Origin: Octopus vulgaris
Lineage: Eukaryota
NCBI GenBank assembly: GCA_951406725.2
Contig: OX597817.1
Span: 117,820,001-117,944,000 of the forward strand
DNA length: 124,000 nucleotides
Direction of reading: 5' to 3'
Part shown: positions 88,233-101,849 of the stretch, one piece after another
Numbering within the stretch: position 1 is the first letter of the stretch
Layout: every line of letters starts with the position of its first letter
The notes under the pieces: model-generated
Seen by the model: only the letters and a program-made list of their open reading frames with translations
Database searches by the model: none
Told to the model about the DNA's origin: nothing
Program-made: the position numbers and the translations under genes

Positions 88233-91200
88233 CACTGCTTATAATGTTATAATGACTTTAGAATTTAAAACACCAGATCATCCATAGAAAAGCACACACA
88301 TGCAAGCCACACAACTTACTTCACACAATATAATATACAAATTTCAACGTAAATGTTTAAGTTGTAAATAAATAACATTATGTCAACTGCTTAACCTAAG
88401 TTATATACGACATTTTATAAGCAGTCATTTACAGCGCAGAACAAGAAATGATTATTATATTTTTGACCATTTCTTTTGAAGATAATAAAAGGAATATTGA
88501 ATTTTTCATCTATCTACTAATCAGTGTCTGTATAATATCACTGTTTTGAAAGTACACTTACAGTTAGGCATGAAAACAAAATAGTATCTAAATGTATCGC
88601 ACTCAAAGAATTCGAAAATACACTTATTTTTAGTTATGAAAACAAAATGGTGTCTAAATGTAGCGCATTCAAAGAATCGTTGTTGTGATATTTGAATGGA
88701 ATTAGATTCATTATACTACTATATTCTATGTTTTGAAAGCTTGTTTCAACATGATATTACGAAACTGCGACAGAAATGAAACTAGAAAAAAGCGTTCGAT
88801 TATCCATAAAGCATTTTTGAATATCTAAATGATTCTAGCAGTGCCCGTGGTAATTCCACGGTAAAGAGGGCAGTTTTTAGATGGTTGTAAATTTATATAG
88901 AATCATAAAAATTAGTGTTTCCTCTGATAATATATATTCTGAATTATATTCATTTAACAAATCGTTTCAGTGCCTCTCGAAAAGGCTGTAATTGAGGAAG
89001 CATGATTTTTCTCTTCCATGAGATCATTAATAAATCTAAGAGCATCACAAGGATTAATGAGAATATTCATGTCACAGAATGTGTTAACTTAACCATCGTA
89101 TATTTACTGGATTTTTGACGTTCACTCATTTTCATATTCTCTTATCAGTTGGAAATAATGATTGTATTTTTCTCATATTCAGTTTGTCCTTCCTACGCTG
89201 CTGATTCAGGTGTTTATTCTAGTGATTCGATCCCTTGCGTCACTTTACGTTGTTGCTTGTACTTATTCATTCTTTCTCTTGTTAGCTTACATCGTGTCAC
89301 CAATAGTTTATAAACAAATACCAATTTTCAAGTGAGTAGGCGATAAATAACTGCACTCATGCGCATACGTTAAGTGATGATCGATATCGATTTTGTTTTT
89401 TATCTTTTACTTGTTTCAATCATTAGACTGCTGTTATGCAGGGGCGCGTCCTTGAAGGATTTTAGTGGAAAGAATCGACGTGAACACTTTTGTTTTAAGC
89501 TTGCTACTTATTCAATCAGTTTCTTTTGCATGCGCAACACATATCTATTTATGTATTTATATATGGAGGGAAAGAATAGAAAGTAGGAGAAAGTAGCGGG
89601 AAATTAATAAGAATGATATATAATTATAATTAATGCAAGTGTATTCTCAAGCGCTCTTTCTGCTGATGTGCACGCGGAAAGCAATTAATGGTATATGCTT
89701 ACTGTAACTGTATTTCGCCGAAGAATTGGTAGATCGTTTAGGGAGCTGAACTGCTGCTTTATATTTGACGTGGTTATTTGATCATGGCATATAACAGATT
89801 ATATCACTGTAGTACCTTCAATTATGCTGTTGAGGTATGGTGGGGAGTAACAAAATGTTTTCTCCATATTGGCTTACTCGGTGACAGGGTGCATTACGGA
89901 ATAGTTGCTGTTTCGTTGTTGTTCGCCCCTATGTAGGATTTGCATAAATATTATATTTAATCTAACTAAATAGTTAAATATTTATATCACCAGTTCTCTA
90001 AGAATCTCTCACAATCTCTTTCTCACCTTCTTTCCCTCTCATTTCTTGCTTTAGCACTCTCACTCTTTCTCGCTTACCTCGATAGATGCCTCATCCTCAA
90101 TTGATCGAACAGAATATGCCAAACATATTCTCACAGGAGTAAATATTTCCTTAATATAAGTAGAACATCATAAAATCTTTTGTATAAGAATATGCTTGTG
90201 CGTACATATACAGACAGAAAGGGAAATAGAAAATTAAAGAAATACTTAGTGATTGATTGATTCACGATTCTTTGATTGATAATACACATTCCTTTCGATT
90301 ATTTCATTATTATTTGAACTTACCATATAGTACAAACGCATATATATTTTATTTTCATCATAAAATACTTGCAATTATGTTATAGTTTATTATAACATAT
90401 TTAAATGGTCTCCGGAACATTAAGAAATAAAAGTATGAAAAGAGCGAGTATGAAGAAACAAAAGCAGACTCCAGCAAAGCAGCCGCTGAAAGTAGACGTT
90501 TTTATAAAGGAAGAAAACGATAGTTTAAATCAACTTTAATTTAAAAAATCAATGCAGGGCCTTAAGAATTTCGGAGAAACGAAATTACGAAAATACAACT
90601 GAAGCGGTAACTGACAGGCTGCAACATTCGGAGGCTTTTTGAATTTTTGTCAAGAATATCGTGTAAGGGTAGAGAATTGATAGTGCAAACATGCTACTGT
90701 TTTTAACAAGTTATCTTGAGATCTTGGCTGATGACAGAGAATTCTGAGATACAGACATGCTAAAAAAATTATGTACGTCTTTGCTTATATCTACGTAAAA
90801 GTTGGGGGGAATTCCATGAGAATAACCGTTCAAAATGTATGTATACATAGTTGGACTATGACGCCGTGTCCCTTCTTTTCTCTTCACATAAATCGTCTCT
90901 CATCATCAGATATGTATAGTTTAGAATCCTGCTCTAATATTAATTCAGTTACACATTTGTTCAAATATATTTGCAAAATTAAGAATTGGTAAATCTATAG
91001 ACCAATCCTATGAAAGTATGTGCATCCTTGAAAATTAACGAAAATGCTGATAAGAAACATCTGTCAACACAGTTGAATTAATAGGAGTACTCTGTTCTCT
91101 TATATGCATTAAAATGACTTGCGCGTTTGACAGTAGGAGCGAGAAAAAAGTTGTCTCAACATCTACGTTTCAAATGGGTTATACTCTACTAATTCTTTCA

Positions 91201-92455
91201 TTCTTCTGAACTTTTAGGAATGAGTTGGTGAAAACCTTTTTGTTTGGATGTAGAATCTCCTCTTTCTTCCCGTGATAAAACGGGGGATCGAAAATGTTAG
91301 TAATTCATTGCTTAATGTAGGAGCATAAAACTGACTAATAGTGTGAAATCTGAAGAAATTTTACTCGCTGCATAATTGGATTCAAGCTGAGAAACTAAAT
91401 TAAAGGATCCCCAGTGAATAGAAGGGTAGGAAAGGATAAACTGGGCTGAATAGCTGGGCTACCACTATTTTCAGGAGAATGCGACGAGACAGGTGAAGTT
91501 GCACTATTTAAGTGCAGAGTAGTTAGAATCACTTAAAAAAATTATAGGAAAAGATTAGATACAGAATTGTACTACAAATTTGGATGAGTTCTAGACGCAT
91601 TTTGCTCCGAAATCATGCATTTGAAGTCAATTAAAACTGGTTTTAACTATCTCGCGGACAGACAATTTGTGCGTGAAATTATGTGTCTAACCTATTAATA
91701 TACACACCTACAGCACATAAGCGTAGAAGGTCAGAAGTTGTGGGTTGTAGTTTTAAAAGTTACGAGCTTTCGTCATTTGTCTCTGTAATCATATTTTTGT
91801 TAGCTTGCCTTGTCTCGTGTCCATTATTACGCTGGAGAATTGGTTTCCATGAGATTGATGAGTTGGGTCGTTATTGTTGAAGTTTATCCTGGCCTTTTCT
91901 TCTCGGGGACCTTTCCTTGTCAGCTAGTCAGCGATGATATACTGGCCGTCAGGCGTCACAAAATGTCGCATTGTTGCTTGGCCATCAATATCATGGAGTT
92001 TCCTTGCTGATGTGTGTTATATTGCTGAAGACTATCATTGTGTGGACTGACTGGCTGCTTGTATAAAAAATGAAGCAACTTACGAAATTTTAACTTTTGA
92101 TATATTTATAGATGGACATCAATTACAGTATTGGCTGTCTACATAAAAACAACGCATATAGTATAAATATGTCTGGAATGAGAGAAGCGCATTGTTTCTC
92201 TTGAACGCTAGCAGTAATACCCCAAGTGTAAGTGCGTGGTGCCGTCTGTTTTGCCCGAGTGCTCCAGGCTGTCTGCCTCTGTAAGTGCCCAAGGAGATCT
92301 GACCTTAGTTATTTGCCTTCTGTGAGTACCCAAGGTGGTTTGTCTGAGCTAGCCGCCAAGTGGTTTTATAGAATGAAAATGGGAAAACGTTTAGATCATC
92401 CGATAAAACCATACAACGCTACAGCTATACGTTGATTGGTCAATTTATAGATACA

Positions 92456-92785
92456 CTAGCAGTATCGCCCGGCGTTGCTCAGGTTTGTAAGGGAAATAAC
92501 TATAAAGCATTTTTAGAGAGTTATAGCCAAAAAATAGCAAAAAATGGAAAAAAATGATGGTAAATTTTTTTTTGAGAGTAAAAAAAGGTTGAGTTGCGTC
92601 CCCTAGACAGTCTGTGGTTTGTTTCTTTTGATTCTGGACCCCATGTCGAATTTATCGATTTTTTTCAGAACTGGGGGAACTTTTCAAAATTTTCGCTGCG
92701 TTAGTTTTGAATTATGACATTGGGCTATGTGTGTGTCAAGTTTCATCAGAATCGGTTGAAAGCCGTGGTCAGGGTGAGGGTATCA
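92456..92785 (-). mobile_element. Non-autonomous Helitron-like 3' fragment
   Basis: ACTAGCAGTATCGCCCGGCGTTGCTCAGG terminus shared with 46906. Confidence 0.65.
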
Positions 92786-93895
92786 TATGATAATGTGTTG
92801 GCTTACTTTTGATCCTCAACTAAATATTTCTCAGTTGTAGATCGAATCCCTCCGTACTCATACTAACTATGCTACTGCTACGGGAGATTGGCAGTGCTTA
92901 CTCGTAATAAGATCGTAACAGGCCTTCTAGTTCACCTATTTATGAAGAAATTCAAGATCACTAAGCAATATCATTCAGAAAAATCGAACCAACATATCTC
93001 TTGACAACTTGGCTTCTTCTAAATCATCAACACAAACGAGAAGTATTCAGAGATAATTTGTCTCTATTTTTTATTCACGTACTGGAAGGTTACAGAATAT
93101 GTTGATGGTAGAGTTGTTCCCTGTATATATCATGTTCATCTATGGGATGCGGAAAAAATGTATTTCAATTTTATCGGGATTCGTGAAAAACGTCTAGTCA
93201 AATTCGATATATTGAAACCTGTCAATAGTATTAAATAAATTATTTTCTCTCATACTGAGTGGAGAAATAAATCTGCGAATGTTAAAGCTTGACGGAATTT
93301 CGTCAAGAGGCAATGTTAGGACAGATGCCATCAAATCTAAGACATGCATTTGCGTTATAACATGCATTTAGCCACGCATCACATCGACACTCTTTATATA
93401 CTCAACTTTGCACCACCATTTAAACATTTATTTTGCAGCAAACATTTCGCACGAAACATCAATCAGCGTAATAATGTGAGAAACTTAGACAACAACTGCA
93501 AAAACATAGTATTACATCAGTTGAGAGATTCTTTCTAAATACATATACCCAGAAAAAAATGAATTCTTAAATAAATTATTAAATGAATTAAAGTATTAAT
93601 TAAAGTATTAAATGAATTTGAACAGGAATACCTAGTTCATACATATTGTATTACGGGGTAAATAAGTTAATATATCAGTGTTGAAACAGAGTCTTTGTGT
93701 GAATTTGTGCGTATACGTGTACGTATAAATAAGTATATATGCATTTATATATGTAAATATATAGATATATATATACACATATATATGTATGCCTATATAT
93801 ATGCATACATATATATATATATGTGTGTATGTGTGTATGTATATATATATATATATAATCATATGTATACACACATATATACATATATATATGTT

Positions 93896-93954
<59 letters not shown>

Positions 93955-96189
93955 TTACGTACATATTTACATACATAGATACATACAGACAGACAGACAT
94001 GCGTACGTAGATAGATAATTCAATAAGCGTATGTATGTTTTGTTTTTTTTATATGTAATGTGCAGCAAGTATTTCACTGTAATACTGTTTATCACCCGAG
94101 GATTTCCCAGTGGAACCACAAGTACAAATATAGAGATTTGTTAGAGAAAGCCGTGAGATTTTAACAAGAAAACATATCGACAAAAATTATAACAACAGCA
94201 CCAAAATCAGTAACAATAAAAAGGATAACTACTATATTCTACAAAACGTAATTGTAAAAATGTTTGTAACGTATGCCACTAGGATACATTGCATAAAAAT
94301 CATTGCAGAAAAACTGAACGGAAAACATATTAATATCAAAATTATGCAAATGAAAATTTAATTAAATATAGAGAGGAGATTCAAAGAGAGACTGCCAGAA
94401 AGAGAAGTGTTAAAATGAATAACACTTTTGTTGTATGATCAGAGACTCGTATTTTGTAAATAATTAAATGATACAAAAAATGTGAGCTACCAAATCATAG
94501 TTGCGTTATGTCTTATTTCAAAACTAAACGAGTCAAGAAGCGGGTTTGTATGCTCTCACAATGCGGGTAGAGGCCATAGCCAAAATTCACTTCATAACAT
94601 GCAGTATTTGTTATAGAAAGCAATATTGCACATTGCTGTCTCTGGCATTGCCATTACTGAAGCCCCCTTGATTATAGATATCATTCTATATAACGGTAGC
94701 AACAATTTCTCAATTTCTCAAAAGTATGTTCGAATGTTTACAAATATTGGTTGAAAAATAGGAAAACAATTTATACAGCAAAAATTCATTATGGGTATGA
94801 AGCATAATCACTAGCAGCGAAAATAAATCAGAGAATTGGGGAATAGTAAGAGCGTGGAATGTCAAGTGCATCAAACGGCATTAAAGAAATAACAAATTGA
94901 ACCATGTAAAATAAATCAAGGGACATATGGTACCAGGAGGAATGCGTATCTATAGGTAAACGTAAGAAGAAATACCGTAGGATAGAGTCAGCAACATAAC
95001 TAGGCATGATATATATATATATATATATATATAATCTGCAATTATAAATTTACTAAAATGTGTAGATTGAATTAAAAGAAAAACCAAGAAATTGGAAACG
95101 TCACCATCAATCTTAAAGGTTATACAGTTTAAACTATCTGGCTAAAATTAATTAATCATATGCTCTGTATAGCGTCTGCCATGAGAGAATTAAACAATGC
95201 AGAGGAAACAGAGAGATAAAATACAACCTAATCGAAAGTGAATCAACATTCAAACGCAAAGTTAAACAAGATTGAAAAATTGATGGCTTTCATGTAAATC
95301 GCAGACTTCAACCACATTCACATTTACGTTATTTTACTTGTTTCACTTATGGCTGTACAGTTGTTATAGCATCTATAGTATTATCAAAGTGTCATACTAC
95401 AAGTGCTGCATTCACCTTATCTGCTAATTTGTCTGTGCATTCTTTATGTTTTGCGTCTTGAAAAACTTTTTTCATCCCATATTATTTCATGTATATTGCA
95501 AATAATTGCGTTAGAATTGTTGTTGCACCTCTTCATAGCGAGTTTCCCTAAACTTTATTTTCCTATTCCAAGTGTACAAGTGACATCAAATAATATGAAA
95601 ATATAAAATACTGTTTCTTTTCCTGGAGAACAGAAGCATTCCAATTTTGTATATTTGATAACTGTATTGTTACTGTGTAATCCTCGTTAGGTTTGACAAA
95701 GCCCTGCGAAAGGAGAAGCTATAGCTATCAGTAAAATGTTTTTCTATCTTGGATGGCATCAACCATACTGTCATTCCTTTTAAGACAATTTGAGATTCGG
95801 CTCCTATAACAAACACTTGTGTGGGTCCTTCTGCACTCATTGTTCTGAGAATAGCAATAAATTCGCCGTTGATATATCAAATTATGTGTTATTATCACTT
95901 TGCAATACAATACATACAATATGGTCGTATAGTATTGGAATGAAATAAACTAAGACTTTGATACTAGTAATAAGCTCAAAAATTGCCACGAACTGTGTAA
96001 AGAACCTAAATTAATTTGATATATATTTTGCAAATGGAGCAGTTTAAATTTGGAGTTGTTTTAGCTGCCATAAATTCGACTCGCAAAACAAAAAGTTATG
96101 TTCTTTCATAGATGCTGAATTTCAAATAAAATAGTTAATTGATCTTTACTGCTGTATACCGTAAAGTATGAAACTGTTAACTATTAGCA

Positions 96190-97440
96190 GTGACAAGATA
96201 TACACGGAGAGTTAAAAGTATATACGAAGTAAATACTGTGGATACTCTACCACCAGTCTCCTCAGTTGTTCTTCCGAATCTGCCACCAGTGCTGTATCAT
96301 CAGCAAACAACAACTGACTCACTTGCCATCTTTCTCCATTTTATCCCACCATTTTTTGTTCCCCCACCAAAGTTTCTAGCATTTACCTCTCTCGGCACAC
96401 CATCCATATATAAATTAAACAGCCACAGAGACATCACACAACCCTGTCTTAACCCCACCTTCATATCAAACCACTCACAACCTTCACCACCCACCCTAAC
96501 ACATGCTCTACTTTCTCTATGAAAACTCTGAACACCGCTCAACAATCTACTATCTACTCCATACAACTACAACACCTGCCACATTGCATACTCATCCACA
96601 CGGTCATATGCCTTCTCTAGGTTTATACAGGCCCAATATACCATCTAACCTTTTGCCAAACACTTCTCACACATCTGCCTTACTACAATTTTTCCATCTG
96701 CACACCCCCTTCCGCTCCTCAAACTACGCTGCTCCTTCTCTTGTACACTCTCTGTCTGGTTCCTCACCCTTACAATCAGAATTCTCCCATACAGTTTACC
96801 TACTACACACAACAGACTCAAACCCCTAAATTTTCCACACTCTCATTTATCCCCTTTCCCCTTGTACTGTGGCACTATACAAGCACTTTGGTATTCTTCC
96901 AGACATATAACACATATTCATAAACTTCACTAACCATTCAATCAATGTCACTCCTCCTTTAATGAGACATTCCAGTGTACACCCATCTATATCTGGCGCC
97001 TTTTGATGTGCCAGCTCCCGCAAGGATTCCTTCAACACTTCCCTTCCAGTTGCACTGTAGTTTCATTACACACCAACAGGCACTCTCCTCTCTCCTCTTG
97101 GTTTCCCTAACATCCTCCACATTTAACAGTTCACTAAAATACACTGCCCATCTCCTTTATAAATCCTCACTGCCTTTCAACAAATTTCCATTTACGTTGT
97201 TCACCTTTTCTTCACTTCCTCCAACCACCTTTCTTACCATCTGTACCTCTTTCCAAAACATATTTTTATTTCTTACAAAATTTTCACTTAACTTTTTCCC
97301 GAACCTTTTACTTGCCTCCCATTTCTCCACCCACACCACTCTTTTTACATTCCTCTTCACTTCGCGGTACCACTCCGGGACAGTGTACACCTGCGAATAA
97401 TATTGGCTAAGAAGTGGTTCCACACTCCTCAACCCTGAAA
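96190..97440 (-). mobile_element. RTE-like LINE RT fragment
   Basis: RFGKKLSENF..NKNMFWKEV, YFSELLNV, KAPDIDG, GLRQGCVMSLWLFNLYMDGV, LFADDTALVADSEEQL. Confidence 0.88.
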
Positions 97441-98283
97441 CCAGGGTCCTAGGGTCCCACTACCGGATATACATTATAGTTATACCAAAGACATATTATT
97501 GATAGCTAATATTAATAAAATAATGATTCAAAGACAATGCAGTCAAAGTACAACTAAAAGTAGACGTGAATACCTAAGCCACTGCAGGAAAATTCAGAGA
97601 ACAATATATTGCATATGCTCTAAAAGACTTTGAAATAGAGCAGAATCATGATACTAATCTACGATGTATCCCAATTAGGGTTTCTTACGATTACATGAAA
97701 GTAGATGTCTATATAACATTGAATGTCTATAATAATGAGTCGAATGGAATTATCATTCAAAATTCGAAAATGTGCTATATATGGATACGTAAAAATGGTT
97801 AATATGTATGCGTAAACACACACACACACAGGTACACACTCACTCACAAATATACATACATGTATACATGCATACATATGTATGTGACTGTGATATCGTT
97901 GTGTGTGTCGTAACATTAATAAATGCAAAGGTTTGTACGCTCATAGATTCTCACATAAAATGTTATATAATGTCTATACATGATAAATAACTGTTATGTT
98001 ATTTAGATAAATGTAAAAAAAAAAATGACAGTTTAAAAGAACGACAATAAAACTTTAGACTTAAAGCATATATTTGATAATAATGTCTATTATATTATAA
98101 ATTTTATTATACTATATACTCTATTACACTATAAAACTGACAACTTATAACTTTGAGCAATTCCAATATGTCAAAGATAATCTATCAGCCACAGCACATA
98201 GCCTATCCCGTTATTGTTCAGTATAGTTTATCACACAATATACTCCTATTCGACAAAACATCAAATCATCGATACATACACAC

Positions 98284-98346
<63 letters not shown>

Positions 98347-98429
98347 CAATAATATATATATACAATAATATATATATATATATATATACAATTGCATTGT
98401 AGAAGGTGTTTATAAGCCAATTTAAAAAC

Positions 98430-99005
98430 ACAAAAACCGTTAGATACACTTCAACATTTAAATTTAATTTGTCAAACTATGTTCGTAGATTTGAAGTCGC
98501 GTCCTGTTCACTGACAAAATTCCTTACTGCACGGAGATGTTCGAAGGTGAGTGAGGTCGTTCCGATTCAGTCATCGATATAAGGACCGTATATATTAGGA
98601 TTTGGAACAGGTTCGTATATTTGGAGCCCATTCTTGTTCCCCTGGCGACTCGTGAGATTTGTTGGGAAAACTACTCCACGAACAAGAAGCTGTTGAGGGA
98701 GAGGACATGTACGGCTAAATGAAGAAGTGTGGAGATGTCAGGTTGAGGGTCTGACCGAAGATCAAGGAAGTGTTTAAGCGCAAGAAGGCCGTCGTTGTGT
98801 GGGATCACCGTATACAAAGATTTAATGTCGAGAGTAAGCAGAAGTTGAGTGGGGCCAGAAAGGAAGCAGAAAGAGTTAAACAGACGCAGAACAAGATTGG
98901 TGTCGTGAATGTGCAAAAGTAGGGGAGCAAGGATACGGTCGAGGTATTTGGAGATCATTTCAGAGGGCAAGTTACAGGCAGAGACGATGGGGCAGCGAGG
99001 GTTAG
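98430..99005 (-). mobile_element. Internally deleted Neptune-like PLE (RT fragment joined to pLTR)
   Basis: PIVSACNLPSEMISKYLDRIL, LTLDIKSLYTVIPH, ARGTRMGSKYTNLF and YIDD*IG, followed by a hammerhead-like motif at 98468-98518. Confidence 0.8.
98468..98518 (-). ncRNA. Degenerate hammerhead-like motif, G3-C8 variant
   Basis: UUUGUCA-GUGAACA-...-GAAC-AUAGUU-UGACAAA. 7-bp stem I is perfect; stem II and GAAA are decayed. Confidence 0.45.
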
Positions 99006-99019
99006 AAATAGATTTAGAT

Positions 99020-99043
99020 ATATGTATAGACAGACAGACAGAC

Positions 99044-99102
<59 letters not shown>

Positions 99103-99282
99103 GAGATAGGTAGATAGATAAGTAAGATAAAAATAAACTCGCACTCTCTATGTTGTATCACATCTAAACTAACTATGACTTTGCTATCCTCTCATACTGT
99201 CTTCGATGAAGGGGTATAATTAATAAATATCCTGGAACCAGCTGTAAGACCTGCTATCTATAAATGTTCTAATATCTACACC

Positions 99283-99332
<50 letters not shown>

Positions 99333-99375
99333 TATATATAGATAGATAGATAGATAAAGAGAGAGAGAGATAGAC
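99020..99375. repeat. (GATA)n tracts flanking a pLTR-like fragment
   Basis: Directly visible. Confidence 0.9.
99199..99250 (+). ncRNA. Decayed hammerhead-like motif in a pLTR-like fragment
   Basis: GUCU-UCGAUGA-AGGG...CCU-GGAAC-CAGCUGUA-AGAC. A related 3' half (CAGCUGUAAGA) occurs near 114980. Confidence 0.4.
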
Positions 99376-100223
99376 AGACACACACACGGTCTGACAGACA
99401 TACAAACGGACAAACAGTGATAGAGTTTGATAATTCATTTAAACTTGAATATGTTTCACTTTCTACAATTCTTTGTTAATATCTTTGCATGAAAATGTAT
99501 TTTTGCTAAAATAACAAGATGCCGCTTCATATATTCAGTACAATACCTCATATCTGTAGGTTAGACTTAAATCATAAATTCAAAGTTAATTTCAGTGATT
99601 GTAAGAATATTGGGAATGTCGTTTGCCAGTAAATTAATCGTATTTATGATAATGATCAACTAATATTTCCCTTTGGTCACTGGATTCAAGACCACGGTAC
99701 ACAGTCTAACATGAAGTCTCATTCATATGTGTATGATCGCATATTTGTCACGTGCGCGCACACACACAAACTCATACATATATACGTGCTCATAACTATG
99801 TAACTGCGCGCATATATACATCATTTCTATATTACAGGAATTCAATATTCACCTTAGGCTGGAGTTAACTTACCATATCTGAATTACGTATCGTTTATCA
99901 GCGATACAAATTCAATAATAATGACACTAATTGATAGAAAATTGAGCAACCTAAACTTATTTGGTCTAAATGAAACTAGAAGGTAAGGATGTTGTGAGAC
100001 AAGATACAATTTTTACGAAATATATTTTATTTCATATAAATGTTTCGTGAAGTCTCATTTTGTTTAATGTAAAGGGAATTAAACTTTATAGAGATGGAAG
100101 AGTACGTAAGTTTCGTTATGTTTGTATGACGTGAAGATCCGATAATTTATATGGCAGATAATTGCAAATTTATTGTTGTATTTAAGTTGAATTCATGCAT
100201 ACACACACAGACACACACATACA

Positions 100224-100269
<46 letters not shown>

Positions 100270-100312
100270 CACGTACATATAAATATATATGTGTATGTAT
100301 GTATCTATACAC

Positions 100313-100358
<46 letters not shown>

Positions 100359-100618
100359 AATTTGTGACAATTAGTTGGCTGTTATAATAAAATCTGCTCC
100401 GGCATCTCATAAGTTATTAAGACAAATAAAAACGCTACGAAGAAAGGGAAATTACTCCAATAGGCATGCGGAAAGTAATATTTCGTTCATAGAATCTGAA
100501 TATGCACATATGTACACTGTATACATACACTTACGCACACACACACACATGCATATATATATATATACTCACACACGCGTGTACATATACTTACAAACAC
100601 ACACACACACACACACAC

Positions 100619-100656
<38 letters not shown>

Positions 100657-100682
100657 GGAAGGGGAGGGAATAAACTACTGCA

Positions 100683-101429
100683 TTAACTTGCTATACAAGC
100701 AGGTAATAATTTTATCGTGCACTTATTCTTTGTGCAATTTTTGAAGAGTGCAGTTGTTTTTTAAAGCTATAATGGGAGTAGCAAATGCCTATTTTGCTTT
100801 ATGAATTCAATAAAGGCAACAACGCCAGGGAGGTGCGAGGAATATTAATGCAGTATATGGAGATCGGATAATAAGCGTAAGAAAATATCAGCGGTGGTTT
100901 CAGAAATCCCGAGCCGGAAACTACAGCCTAAAATACCTGCAGACTCTGGTGGGACGCCTGCAGACTCTGGTGGGGAAAAAAACCCCATCCTAAATGTTTA
101001 GGAACTAGCAGAGAAGCTTGGATTTGGACATTCAACCATTCAACGATACCAGCACTAGAAGAAAAAAAAAACATCTTTGGTTTCAAGACGAGGATGACAT
101101 TCCGAAGGCTGGAGCAGTTTGAATGGGAAACAATGCCCCACCCACCATATTCCCCAGACGTTGCCCCATCTGATTATAATTTATTCTGCGGTCTTCAAAA
101201 GTATTCGGACAGGAAAAACATGAATTTTGTAGACAAAGTCAGAACAGAACTGGAGGAGTATTTTTTGTCACGGACAAGTGAATTTTGGAAGGGGGCCTTG
101301 CAAGTCTACCAGATAGCAGGGCATTGTAAAAGATGAAGTAAAGTATATTTTAGATTAAAAAGAACTTTGCCTTAATTTTGATAAGAAGAAGTCTTATTAA
101401 AATATCGCATTATTTATGGGCTAACTTAA
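100683..101429 (+). mobile_element. Internally deleted mariner transposon
   Basis: LLYEFNKGNNA..QRWFQK, then WETMPHPPYSPDVAPSDYNLF. Confidence 0.88.
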
Positions 101430-101569
101430 ATTTGTACGCACACATACGCAGGGATACACACACAGACACTCACACATATACAAACCACCCACATCCACAT
101501 ACATAAATACATACATACATTCGTATATATATATACATACACAAATATGTAGAGCGCTGAAATGTTCCT

Positions 101570-101755
101570 GTCTTTGGGTAAAAGAAAATAGAGAAGTATC
101601 AGTTGATTATGATTTTATTCAAAATATTCCCCTCGCTGATCTACACACTTACTGCAGCGGTCGTTCAGTTATTCTAAGCCCTGCAAAAGAACTCGATATT
101701 TTGAGACTCCAAGGCCTTTTGCGCTACTCTTTTCAGCAAAGAACCATGTCGTATA
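101570..101755 (-). mobile_element. Mariner 3'-end fragment
   Basis: Resembles mariner C-terminal and subterminal sequence (TATTCAAAATATTCCCC..., TTACTGCAGCGGTC). Confidence 0.4.
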
Positions 101756-101763
101756 CGTACTTA

Positions 101764-101849
<86 letters not shown>

